NCBI GenBank assembly: GCA_050575255.1
Contig: JBNZDD010013718.1
Span: forward strand, 3,591,098 to 3,655,097
Direction: 5' to 3'
DNA: 64,000 nt
From: Harriotta raleighana
Lineage: Eukaryota
Part shown: positions 13,909 to 26,330 of the stretch, one piece after another
Position numbering within the stretch: position 1 is the first letter of the stretch
How the letters are laid out: each line of letters starts with the position of its first letter
The notes under the pieces: generated by a model
What the model saw: only the letters and a program-made list of their open reading frames with translations
What the model was told of the DNA's origin: nothing
The model's database searches: none
Program-made: the position numbers and the translations under genes

Positions 13909-14616
13909 CGTGCCATTTTAAACATTTCATTAGACTCATTCCTTAACAATTAAATACAACACCAGACATGCCAAATCACGCGAATTTTATTTGCCAAATT
14001 TGTAAGCTACACTTCGTGAAGTACTGTACTGTTTCACTTACACACAGATGCACATTTGCAGAACTGATGAGATGAGTGGCCTAGAATTTTCTTGTTCGGT
14101 GGGATTACAACCAATAGAGAAATGTAGCAAGTCTTCTTAAATTTGTTGAGACCACAAAAACTATTGTTTTTACCAACAGGCAACAGATTACCTGTTTTCT
14201 CAAAAAGCCTTCAGCAGCCTGGATGCTGAAGCAACGGATGATTAACTATAGCATTCAGGTTTACCCATCGAAAAGGAAAGCTTCAAGTAATGCTATTTGC
14301 AGCAGACAGTTCCATACATAGAGATGGAGTGTTAAATAATAAATACTTGCATGCTATCCAAATATTCATGCTTGTAAAGAATTTTGAAATAAAGCTTCAG
14401 TAACTACATTATTATGCTTCTGGATTAATAAAAACTGGATTAAGTACCATTCAGAATCACATGGCGGATTAATATTGCCATATAAATCTTCTTAATATTA
14501 AGGGAGGGTAAATGCAGATGTAGACTTGATAAGGATATCATAATTGGGACATATGCATGCTTGCAACCCATACAAAGTGCTAGGTGGTTATCTTTCTTGA
14601 TTGATTTGATTTTCAA

Positions 14617-14815
14617 AATAATAATATTATTCCTTGCATTCATTATAACACCTTTCACAGCAGAAGTTGCAAAGTGCTTCACCAACAACAACAAAATTAC
14701 ATTTATAGCACCTTTTACGTCAGGAGGAAGTCCCGAGGCACTGGAAAGTGTAGTGACTGTGTATTTTGTGGTCATTGGTAGACAAGAGGATGTCTGTCGT
14801 GACATCCGCAAGCTC
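14617..14815 (-). mobile_element. Older Deu-type SINE 3' part with (TTA)n tail, interrupted by a younger insertion
   Basis: AATAATAATATTATTCCTTGCATT...AAAGTGCTTCAC, resuming at about 14743 with GAAAGTGTAGTGACTGT. Confidence 0.6.
14683..14742 (-). mobile_element. ~60-bp L2-type 3' tail insertion (nested)
   Basis: CAACAACAACAAAATTACATTTATAGCACCTTTTACGTCAGGAGGAAGTCCCGAGGCACT. Confidence 0.8.
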
Positions 14816-15365
14816 ATTGACAACGATGGGACACAAAGTGGAGTCTAGTACAATTCCCTAAGGAATAATAAGGTGGTGAGCATCTTTTTACTGTACCGGT
14901 AGATCAAATAAAATGCCTCTTTTCGCATCTTTGCCCTCATTGTATAAACCTAATTTGCTTAATTTCTAAAATTGCTAAAGTTCTGCAGGATATCTCGCAT
15001 CAAACAGCTTTCATATCTAATAGATATTACTGCTGTAAGGTAAGTTAGACTTTTTCTTATATAACAAAAAAAACCCTGTAAATTTAATTAACTAGCTGAA
15101 ATTTTGAACTTATTATGGTACAATAGCTTTACATTAGACATTTTATTAATCCAGTTACCATATTGGACATTGTTTTATTAATCCTTGCATTTGCATTCCA
15201 CTTGAACAATTGTGAATTTAGCTTGGTGATCAAGATGATAAGACTACAAACTGCCAGCACCCAACATCGTGCACCTGGTTTTGGGCAAAGAAAATATCAA
15301 GCTGCACAAATTCCTCTTCTACCCGTTCAGTTACACTTTTTGTTCCCAAACTTCTGAACATGTTG

Positions 15366-15428
15366 CAACAACAACAAAATTACATTTATCGAGCGCCTTT
15401 CACACCAGGAGGACGTCCCAAGGCACTG
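15366..15428 (-). mobile_element. ~60-bp L2-type 3' tail insertion
   Basis: CAACAACAACAAAATTACATTTATCGAGCGCCTTTCACACCAGGAGGACGTCCCAAGGCACTG. Confidence 0.85.
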
Positions 15429-18400
15429 AAGTGCACAGCGCACTTTCATTCACTTAAAATCGGCGCAATGCAGTGATAACCTAATGTTTAATATTGATAC
15501 TAAAATTCCACTCAGAAAGTTTACACACTGTGAGATGCTAGGTCCACAACACTGTCTTTGAGGTTTTGACAACTAATCACACTTGTCAGTGTACATCATA
15601 CTTTTGAGTACAACCAACCCACAAGTAAGGACCATTAGAAAAAATGTTCATGGATAAATATCTGTTTTGGGGGGAAAGGTGAAAGTTAATTCTTTAAGAT
15701 AAAAATTAATTTCACCTGAATTTTTCCTTTATGAAGACAAATGCCATTTTAAACATTTCACAAGATTCATTCCTAGAATTCTCCCTCAATTCAATAGGCC
15801 AAATCTTTCAAAAGATTATTTTTAACTGTTGTCACAATCAAATAAAAACATATTAATTTAAAGCATCCCTGATCTTGACACGAGACTAATTCTACTTATA
15901 CATTGGTAGAATTAAAGACATTTTGATAAGCTTTTTTTCCGTCTGTAAACCATAGCTGGAAGCAGAATTCCTTCACTGTAACATGCTGCTCATCTTCCTC
16001 TTTAACATTTTCTTTTATCTGACTTGGCATAAGAGCTGTCAAGGCAACCTTACTGTATGGGGCCTCTTCTCTGATATATTTTGCAAATAAAATGGTTCAT
16101 GTGTCATCCTTGGTCCCTGCGGCCTTGCTGTCTGGGTTCCTGCTCGAACAGGTGATAACCTGATAGACTTTATCTTGTGTTCGTCAGCCTCCCTGAAGTC
16201 TGTAGACACTTCGACTGGCTGTTAGGCATTTTAAAATTCCCCCTTGAGCCATAACCTTCCCCCTTTCTCCTATCATCAACTGGCATGTCTCTGAGCTGTC
16301 AGTAGCTTGTTTCTTATTGATGTTTCCATGTGTTTTATGTCTTTTTGAGATATGACGGCCCTGACACAGCTATGGAGCTGTAGTGATTTCAATCAGCCTG
16401 CATAAGAGGCTCTGGATTTTAACTTATACAGTCTGTCTCAGATACTTCAGAGCTTCACCTTTAATGAAAATGTTTCTGAAGGCAGGAAAAAAAAGTCTAT
16501 GTGCAACATCAGTGACGAATACACAAGACAAAAGCCTGCTTTTGTCATAAAGGAAGCAAGAACAGAAAGTGACCCACAAGCCAAAGGTTCTGACACCACA
16601 TCAAATCCCTTTAGGCCCGATGTGGCAGGCTGAGCCTGGCTTAAGATTACTTTATCACATCCAAGAGTGACGCTTGCATTTACTTCAGATGTCCAACATG
16701 TAAAGAGTTGTACATTTCCCAACCCATGTCGCCTATTAAATCAAGTTTAAGTGACTTGTGGAGCACATTGCCTTGTCAAACTGAGCTATGCTTAAATCAA
16801 TTTGAAACATGAAAATGTGCGGAGAGCTGTTATTCTACAAAACTATCAGCTTGTTTCTCATCAATGTAATTTATGTGCAATATTCCTAAAACCCCTCACC
16901 AAATTAGTTAAGGTGTTTTGAAATAAGTACAAATTGTGCATTCGCATTCATAAAAGCTGCAATGCATTAAAATTGATCATTTGAAATAGAATTCATGCCA
17001 TTTATAAAACAAAAGCTATGTAATATTTGAAGTGATGTAGAAATTAATACTTAGATTTTATAGATGGTGAATTTTGTTTCAATTTTATTCAGGAGAGTTA
17101 ATTTAATAATATAATTTTTTAGAATCTATTTTACTAACTACTCTGGTTTTAACTTCTGTGCATCACAATTGTATAGCTTACCTGTTAAGATTTTTACAGA
17201 TGTTTAGAATGTGCAGATAGCAGATTCAATTTTAACAATCGAATCAGCTGGTCATGTGGGTAAAATTCCTGATAGGAAGCGATATTCAATAATACTGTAC
17301 CTGGTCCAAGCCTTCTCCCTTGAACATAATGTAGCTCAGTATGTTTAGTGATATATTGTAATCAAAGGTGAACACCAAAAAAGTTGTGAAGGGAATAATT
17401 ACACAATATCAAATGCAAGGTTTATTATTAAAGATACTATATTACTATATTGCATCGGGAAAGTATGGATTATTTATTGCAGTGATTCAGCATGTATTAA
17501 AATTGATTAATGTGTTCTCTGCTGGAATGGTGATCAGTGAAATTATGAAAGACATATTCAAGTGAATACAGTATAATGTATAAAGTACATGCTAATCTAT
17601 TTATTTTCCTTCATTTTGCTGAGACTGACTTGCTTTTTCACATGTTAAATCCAGAATTTAAATTACTTAAATATCTTATTCTTGTTTAAATTACCAAATG
17701 GCTACTTACTTCCATTGTAAATTTGAACCGTAATATTTGACAGCATTTACAGGCCTACATTTGCATGGGTCCACGCAATATCCATATATTTGTAAATAAT
17801 TACATGCATTACCAATATACAGTAGTTTAGTTCTCTTAGCCTCAGTGTTGCACAGTTAACATACAGAATTCATTTCCTTTACATTTGAAAGTACAGTCCA
17901 GCTTGCAGCAATTCCTATTATTGTTATTGTTGATTTTATAGCCAAAAAACATAATAGTGTGTGTAAAAAAATAATTTGTTCCTTACTCACCTTAAGAATA
18001 CATCATTAATATCTCAATAAAGGCTGTAGAAAATAAAATTATACGAATGACAACATCTTTTTTTTGTTATAAGCCCCTTTGAGAATTTCTGTGTGGGAGG
18101 AAAATGTATTTCACCTAACATATTGTATTATATTTGAGACTATTGCTTATCAAAACACGCTGCTCATATACAACTGTTAAACTAATTTCTTTTGAGTGGT
18201 CTCAGGAAACCCGAAGATTAAGCACACTGTAATGCTTTCTGCCATCATGCTAAATATCAGCATCAGTAATGCTCTAAGGGTTATTTCCTTCATTATAAAA
18301 CAATTCAAATATCTTATGAACCATGGACTTCACACTCATGGAAGCAGCATTAGCATCTAACCTTCAAAAACTACCTTTGTAAAAATGCACGTATGCTAGC

Positions 18401-19396
18401 TAAATGCTCTTCAGAAAACTGATAACCTCAACCATTTGAAAGATTGAACATCTTTAAATGCTTACAATAAGCCTAAAATTGGAACCAAATCTTTCACCCG
18501 GGAAGTATTGAGGGAAGGAAAACCTTCACTGTGAAGCTTTAAAATTTCAATTTATATTGGTCATGACTTGTGACACAGTTTGGGAGTTGGGGCCTGGGAG
18601 TCAGGGCTGCCACTGACCTCTGTTCAGACTGTTTGAGAGAGATGTCATCTGAAAACTCCCAGGGATCAACTGGCTGCCAACTAGTCTGAAAACTTCTGCC
18701 AAATTGTCGTACCCCTCAGCTGAATACTAACCCGAGAGGAGGGGAGCACTAGTACTAAAAAGGTTAGAGGTGGGCATCACTTTCAATAGTAGGCTGTCTG
18801 GTTCATTAAAGACAGCCGGTTCCAAACAGCATGAGAGTCAAACAGTTCAGTAACCTTTAGGATGGTACTTTCTGCATAATTTTAAAATCAAAGGGACAAT
18901 AATCTAATAGGATAGGGAAAGGAATATGCAAAAGGCTCTTTGTTTTAATGCAGTCTTATTCTTAATAAGGATCTATTTATTTTTACTGCTATCCTCAATA
19001 TTGTAGCTTTAGTTGGTAGGGGCTGGCTCTTTTTTATGAATCTATGCCTGATTTTGCTTCACAAAAATAAAATTCATTCCATTTGCAGATATGATTATGC
19101 ATTTTAACTATCAATAGGTATTTTGATTTCCAATCTTATGAATTGCCCTGCAACCCAAAACAATTCCAAAAATAGTATGCAATTATGTTTTGTCACACAT
19201 TTTATATTTGTTACACATTCTATATTGAAAAGTATACACTGAATGTTAAGATCATGAACAAATTAATGATCTTAACTTTAGAGATTGATTATCTAATTGT
19301 AAATCTTGACAGAGCATGTTTAGAATGGGAAATGCTTCTACTTCGTCTATGGTCTGAATAAATGAAGTATTCATGGCCAAAACCAATTGGGTAACC

Positions 19397-19462
19397 ATGT
19401 ATCTGGATTTCCAAAAGGCCATTGATAAAGTAATGGATGAGAGACTCCTCTCGAAAATGAAG
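19397..19462 (+). mobile_element. CR1 LINE reverse-transcriptase fragment
   Basis: Translates MYLDFQKAIDKVMDERLLSKMK, matching CR1 RT motif YLDFQKAFDKVPHxRLLxK. Confidence 0.8.
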
Positions 19463-19469
19463 TGAAAAA

Positions 19470-19610
19470 GGTTGATGTCAGGTAGACTGTCAGTCAGAAT
19501 AGCTTCAAGGTTGATGGTAGAGAGATTGATGTAGTTATGATCATCAGATGTATGGAAGCTTACTAACTCTTGCTTGCAAATGATGTTGCCAATGGGTAAC
19601 ATGCAGATGT
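19470..19610 (-). mobile_element. L2 LINE reverse-transcriptase fragment (degenerate YADD region)
   Basis: ORF 19252-19602 begins MLPIGNIICKQELVSFHTSDD, resembling L2 YMLPLGxIIxxHxxSFHxYADD. Confidence 0.7.
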
Positions 19611-19679
19611 GAAATAGGAGAATATAAAGGAGTCAGAGATAACCTTGAAAGCATGGACATGAAGCCGGATAAATAGTGT

Positions 19680-19970
19680 AATAGTAATAATCTATGCATT
19701 TGATATAGTGCTTTTCACATCTTCTTGACGTCTTAAAGCATTTCGCAGAATATATTGTCAATTTAATTGACTGTATATTTGAAGGTGAAACATGGCAGTC
19801 AATTGTGCACAGCAGAGCAGCAGAGTCCCACAAACAGTCGTTTATTATTGTTTTCTTTTCCCTTGAGGGATTATTATTAAGATTGTGGAGTAAGGAAACT
19901 TGCCCAAGGTTTTGCCCTGCCAGGAATCGAACCTAGCTTATGAGGCAAGTGCTCTAATCACTAAGATATA
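19680..19970 (-). mobile_element. Short tRNA-derived SINE (Pol III head plus Deu-type/L2 tail)
   Basis: Minus-strand B box GGTTCGATTCC (19923-19933), upstream A-box-like TATCTTAGTGATT, then CCTTGGGCAAGTT; tail 19680-19837 ends ATATCAAATGCATAGATTATTA. Confidence 0.65.
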
Positions 19971-20789
19971 GGATTCCAAAGATAGTGTTGGCATTGAGAC
20001 AGGTAAGAATGAAACCATGAATGACTTAAACCAATCTCCTTCCATGTTTCCTGTGATAAACAGCAAATCGAGGGAAGTACAAATTAGACTTTTCAGAAGA
20101 ACAGAGTTGGATTCCTGATACCTTTAATAAAGTTATCACGCTTAGTGTTTTTTGAAGAAACCTGTTTGATTTCTTATATTGGTACTACAGAGAGTTATCC
20201 AAGGGTTCATTCATCTGCACAAACACTACACAGCTCTTCAGAAGAAACTAAAGAATGATTCGCCAATGCTTGAGCATATGGAGTTAGTAAAAGGACACAC
20301 ACAAAAAAAAGCCTTTTATTTTCTTCCAGATGTATTTAATAAAGATGTAGAAGGTCAAAATGAAAGAATTACAAATTGTGACTTGTGATATGGTAATTTA
20401 TGCACTCTTCAAAATGTCTTAATTATTGACTAGGCCATGGGTTTGTCCTCCCCCGCTCCATCAGCTCAGTCACAATGGTTGAGGCCGAAGCTGGACTGGG
20501 TTGTATGTTGGACTGTGAGAACTGACTTAACAAACCAACAACAACAGCAAAAGTTGAGCTGGTATCCTACTAACTGACTCTCCAATCAATAAACCAGCAA
20601 TCCAGAGCACAGCATGACATGGTTTGAGCCCAACCATTACAACAGAATATGGGGGGTGAGTGGAGGAAAGTGGTGGTGTCACATCTGCAGACTCGTTGTT
20701 AATGAAGACATTGACTGGTTGCACTGAGACACAAAGATTTCTGTGATGCTAGGATCAAGAACAGAGTTTGAAGTCAGTGATGTATTTGA

Positions 20790-20875
20790 TTTGTGTGAGG
20801 GGGAGGGGAGAGAATGGGGAATGGACTCGATGGGTCAAGATCCCATTTCTCAGTTCATATTTTCTAATGTGCTTC
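20790..20875 (+). mobile_element. Degenerate CR1 3' tail
   Basis: GGGGAGAGAATGGGGAATGGACTCGATGGGTCAAGAT resembles the 63400-63514 CR1 tail. Confidence 0.45.
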
Positions 20876-21129
20876 TTCATCATTTACTTTCACAATTATG
20901 AAAGCTAATTGACATCTATGAGAAAAGGATTCAGGAGTTTTTGAATTATTTAAAATCATTACCCCAAATGCAAGCTTTAGTTTCCTGGAATCAAGGATTG
21001 ACTTGAAAAAGTCTAGTTACTATCTAGTCTATAAATAAAACAATCCCTCAACACTCCATATACTTTGTCAAAATTAAATGATAATTTGTTCATTAACAGT
21101 TGGAAATACTAAGAAATGAATGATACTCC

Positions 21130-21525
21130 TTAGCGTTATTATTAATATTCAGGAAAGTGCGTGTAATCAAAGTTTGTCTGATTAAATTGAAACACCTTCG
21201 ATTGACAGCATGTAATATATGAAAGGTAGAAATTAAAGGTAATGAAACGTGTTTAACAACAGGGCCTGTCAAAATAAATAACTAATGCAAAGCAGAAAGC
21301 TGCTATTTTTTTTGCACAGGCAGATTCTGTCAAATTTACCATCAGCCTCGCAGCTCAGAGGTGACACCTGGAGTCTTTGCTTCAGACCATTTCCTCTTGA
21401 TAGGGGTGTCTTCCTTCCTCAAGTTATTACCTGGCAGAATAGCATATGGTAAAATGTAAACAACATCTGCATATTCTTGTAATAATTTCATATGTTTAAT
21501 TAGTTCCAGCAAAGCAGTTTACCCT
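21130..21525. promoter_or_regulatory. Candidate conserved enhancer (PBX-HOX/MEIS/TCF/FOX motif cluster)
   Basis: ATCAAAG 21166-21172, TGATTAAAT 21179-21187, CGATTGACAG 21199-21208, CTGTCA at 21266 and 21327, TGTAAACA 21455-21462; repeat-free. Confidence 0.5.
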
Positions 21526-23344
21526 TAGAGACCCTCACTGTCAGTGCTGAGATCATACATTTGTGCCCTGCTGTCTGTGCTGACAGACTTCCATTGTTCA
21601 CACAATGCATTCAACTCACCAGTTAATGTGAGCGAATCTTCTGAGGGTAAGATCATCTTACCAATCCAGCTGTAGGAAAATACGGCTGTCATTCCAGCAG
21701 AATGTGCTAATAGCAGATGTGACAGATCATATAAATTTAGGAAATACAACATAAGGGCTGGAAGTGACTATCCTTTCGCCTTTAAATTCGAAACAGTAAA
21801 AAGACTGGCATGCACATTAGGAATGGTGATATGTGTAATCAAAATTCTGCTCACTTTATTTAGCCAGTGATGAGCTGTAGCTGTGTAGAAAGAAAACTAT
21901 AGCATGCTAATACATTTAAGGGCTATTACTTCCCTTTACATAATGCATATAACACACACTGTGCACATTCAACTACTATTTATATGAGTACTATGTTTGT
22001 ATACATTTTTGGACATGGCTGATCATGTCGAGACCATAAAGATATACACACATATTAAATACACTCTATATAGATATATATAATATACTGTAAATATATA
22101 TAATATACATAAAAGCTAGAGGAGAAGTGATGGCTACACTGGTGTCTACATATTTCAACCAAATTGACTATTTGTATGCAAATAGAAGCTCTCTCATTGC
22201 ATGTATAAGTTAAAAAAAGGTTGGAACTAATCCTAAATTTGGCCAATGAATTTCTGTGTCAATTTGGAGAAATAAATATGAACAATAATTATTTAGAATT
22301 GGCTTTCAGTTCCTATGGGGACCGGGGTCCAGCTATTAATCAAGATGATTTATTTTTATAAAAAAGAAAAAATTAAAAATGTTAAAAGCTTCCATGGTGC
22401 TTGCTTTAGAGATCCATTCCTCATATTAATGTCCATAGTTCAATACAATGAGCTGGTTTAAATGTGAAATAAATGAAATATATTCTCGCTGGGAGGAGGT
22501 TTTTGCATGTATGCAATCCCTACTACCACCAGACTTAGGGGAGAATTGTTCACCAGTATTGAGGACAGAATCATGAGCGATATCACAGTAGAATGGAGGC
22601 AATCATCCAAAGAGGTTTAAGATTTAAAAACAGATCAGAGGAGTGGGTGGGTGAGAGAGGAGACAGAGGCTGTTCGAAAGGTTTTGGGGTAGGAGCTGAA
22701 AGTGCTACCTGCAAGCAAGTAATTACGGGGCCAATTTTGTGGTATTTCCTATGGATAATTGCTAATTAAGAGATCCAAGCAGGGTCTTAAATTACTTAAA
22801 TGCCATCACAGGATTTAATGGAACTTTTCTCCAAAAATTGGACTAGATTTATTTTTCCAAATCGAGTTTCGATGAGATTTGGCACCACTCACTTCAGGAT
22901 TTTGTATTCAGGGATTTCAGAAAAATTGACCTTCTTATGTTTCTTGGTAGACAAGGAGCGTGATTGGGTTATTCAGATGGATGGGTAAGAAGTTGGTAGG
23001 GAATCATGTGCTCTGAATTCAAATCTGGGAGTTCTGATGATATCATAAAGTGAATCACAACATGAGCAGTTGATGCAGAGCACCAGAGCTCAACCATTGA
23101 TTTACAGTGTTTGACCCTCTGCCTTGTATCCGCTAGTCTGAGGAGTATTTTGTCACATTGTTTGGCGTAGATAGCAATAGTGTTGATGAACAAGGGAAAA
23201 TTGGACCCGATCTGTTATTATTATTGTATAATAGGTAATGAGCATTTTGGAGGTCTTCCAATTTCATCAGTTGTTTAATGATGCGCTGACTGTTAAACCT
23301 AACATTGATTGAAGTATTATAATGCAGCAATGTCAAAAGTAATA

Positions 23345-23660
23345 TCAGCACACAATTTAGGAATCGGATTCACAATGTGTCTTGCAGCATATTAATGAAG
23401 GAATCTGTTTTTTTCAATAAAGACTGGGCACTTCTGTTGTTTTCCTTGCAGCAATTGCAATACTCCGACATCCTGCAATGTGTCCTTAAAGGCCAAAAAC
23501 AGGGATGGTTTATCATACAGCAGAAAGTATTCGTTGTGCAGAACTGGTTGACTGCAACACCTTCCTGTGTTACTGAAGTATTCTCTCCAGCACTCCAGAC
23601 TGAAAACCCTGATGCACTCAACTTCAGAAGCCATTTCTGCTCAAATATTTCATGTTCTAA
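23345..23660 (-). pseudogene. Frameshifted fossil of a Cys-rich P2X7-ballast/KolX-like domain
   Basis: Collinear motifs across shifting minus frames: EMASEVECI..CWRE, CMINHPCF, DVGVLQL, NRFLH*YAARHIV, IP/NCVL. Confidence 0.55.
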
Positions 23661-24097
23661 CAACCCTCTGTGCATAAAAAAAAATCTCATGGCCTTCCTT
23701 TATTGCTTCAGGTGATGATCCACAGTTTATGTACCTAACTGTATTGCTGACCCTGCCAGGCCAATGGAAACAGTCTTTTACTATTTATCTTAGTAAAAAT
23801 CACACCTAACTTTGAAAACATTCTGATCCAACAGATTTTATTCTTTGGTGCAACTATACACAAATGTTATTTTCACTGGTTTGCACAATCTTTGTAAAAA
23901 TCAAGCATGCATTTGTCATTGTTACAAAACAAAAATAGCAAAACCTCTCGGGTTTGCTCCCTCTGCACTGATATATTTGAGGCGTAAACATGAACAAAAA
24001 AAATATATGGTATATATACGTACAGAAAGTTTCACGGTGTGCAGAAATTGTCACTATTAATGAATTCAATTTAATATTAGTTTGGTCTCACACCTAT

Positions 24098-24355
24098 GTC
24101 AGTTTGGGTCGGTTGATAGCACTCTCGCCTCTAGGTCATAAGGTTGTAGGTTCCAGCCCTACCACAGGACTCGAACTCATAATCTAGGCTGACATTCCAG
24201 TGCAGTGCTAACGGAGGGTTGCACTGCAGGTGGCACCATCCTTCAGATGGGAAAGTTAATTTAAGATCCGGTTTCCCCTGCTCCTGTGGATATTAAAGAT
24301 CCTGTGGCACTATTTGAAAGAAGGGCAGGGATGGCTGCCACTGTCTTGTCCAATG
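24098..24355 (+). mobile_element. tRNA-headed DeuSINE (SacSINE1-like), 5' part
   Basis: Head GGTTGATAGCACTCTCGCCTCTAGGTCATAAGGTTGTAGGTTCCAGCCC; core GTGGATATTAAAGATCCTGTGGCACTATTTGAAAGAAGGGCAGGG. Confidence 0.8.
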
Positions 24356-24660
24356 TGTGTTCCTTTTCATCAGGTTTTACAATGCAGATATTATTTTCTG
24401 ACATTAATTTGTAATAAAAATATGAATGGGGTGAAAACATAGTAAATATCTATGGTCACCAAGTGCTGCATCACACAATTCTTTACACTGTATAACAGCA
24501 CCAGAAAATATTGGAAACAGCACCCAATATCACCAATATTGCTTAGAATCTCTATTTATGTTTTGGAAGCTTAAAGTAAGGATTTATATTAATATGTATC
24601 AATAATATATATATACCTTCAACATTTACATCATTCCATGAGGTTGTGTATTACAGTTAT

Positions 24661-24880
24661 CCTGTCCAAGTGGATGTTAAAAATCTCATGTCACAAAAAG
24701 AGAAGGGAGTTTCTCCTGGTATCCTGGCCAACAATTCCCCAGATAAAATTGGTCACTCACTCTAAAGAGGTTTATGGGACATTGCTGTAAACAAACTGCC
24801 TGTCCTCTTCATCCACATAATCGCATCCCTTTCTAACATAATAAGACACTATATCACATATGAGAATTATTTTATTATTA
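24661..24880 (+). mobile_element. Deu-core SINE, 3' part
   Basis: GTGGATGTTAAAAATCTCATG...CTCCTGGTATCCTGGCCAAC...TGGGACATTGCTGT, ending in a TTA tail. Confidence 0.65.
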
Positions 24881-25699
24881 CTGGTTTAAGAAACCTGAAT
24901 CCATTGAAGATGGTTTACACTTATTGGCTCAACGGTTTCACCTTTTAACATCTAATAATGTTCACAAATGTAAAGAAAACATGTTGAAGACCTCTTTTGA
25001 AAAAAAATCCAAAACTATTAGAGGGTGAAATGCAGCAGTTCGTAATACTTCTGATTGAATATTATGAAATGACTCAAATTTTACCCATTGGATTCAACTA
25101 AATCATGTTCTAAATTTCTTCTGCTCTTATTAAATGAATAACCCAGTGAGCACGTGAATATATTTATAGCTATGTTATCCAATTATACTTTGCTTTCATA
25201 TTATTGCGTATTAAACCATTTTACAAAAGCTTCAAAAGATATCATCCAGTATAAAAGGTATAATTTGGATAGCAACTGTAGGAATAAGTAAAATGACGTA
25301 CACACAGACATTAATAAAAATAGCATTTAAGTAACACAAACACATACATTGATAGGTAATCTAACAAAGGATGTTTAAAAAGGAATCTTAGAGAGTCACT
25401 CAGTGTTGCTGGTCTATGTGGTGTGTATATATATAATGTATAATAGAGAATGAAAAGCAGAAATATATTGTATAATATTATTTGGGTGTAACCTTAGTCA
25501 GGAAGATTGGAACGAGGAGAAGGGGTACAGAAAATTTAGAACGTTGTGAAATGCAAACCAAATATTGCATGACTTCTCAGTTTAATGCAAATTTTTATTT
25601 GCTTCTCCTGTATGTTTCTAAACATGCAGAATGTACCTTACACTCAACAAGATAACAGCGAAACAGTTGAAATAAAAAAACAGTTAAAGGTTACATTTT

Positions 25700-26330
25700 T
25701 GGCACGTCACAGATTGCTGAATAATGATTGCCAAACACAAATTTAAACTGAAATGTTATCGGATAAAATTGTGGTTAGTGTGCCAATCGTTTTTCTAATA
25801 AAGTTACAATTCATTTTCCCAGTACTATTGCACAAAGCATAATATTGTTGACCTTTACTGCTCAGAGCCAATGGATAACAAAGGCAGAAGAGAACAATAC
25901 CTTGTTAGACCATGATATATATTTTAGTAGTTTATTGCGATAAGGTCTCTATGTCGCGACCCACTGGCGTCAAGCTAATCCAGCAATATTCCGCGTTACA
26001 TTGTTCCTAATCAATAACTAATTATCAAAGTATGGCTGAGGTAGCAGTTCTTTCAGAATTCCTTGTTAAAAATGGCTTTTGGCTGTAAGCAGGAAGAAAG
26101 GTCGTATCTGTGACATCGTCACAAGGCTTTCAACATCCACTGCACTGTCAGATTGAATTACTGTTACTAGCTAATTGATATAAATTTAAACAGAAGAATG
26201 CTTGTTATTGCGGGATGTCATAATGATATCTTCAGTAAGTGTGCGTCAGACAAACCTAATGTAGACTCTCACCAATAATAAATGCAAATTAGGCTTAGCA
26301 CAGCAAGAACATAAATATGACTTAGAAAAT
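25700..26330. promoter_or_regulatory. Candidate conserved non-coding element
   Basis: CpG-retaining unique block: CATTGTT 25999, TAATCAAT 26008, ATCAAAG 26024, palindrome TGTGAC-ATC-GTCACA 26109-26123, octamer ATGCAAAT 26282. Confidence 0.45.

Noticed and set aside
14440-14848. 127-aa and 95-aa ORFs
   Set aside because: They run through nested SINE tails; chance open frames.
16100-16112. Minus-strand CAAGGATGACAC match to U6 snRNA
   Set aside because: Only 12 nt match; no ACAGAGA box or other U6 sequence in the flanks.
19893-19970. tRNA gene
   Set aside because: Has a B box but no full cloverleaf and continues into a SINE body; the same holds for 24098-24165.
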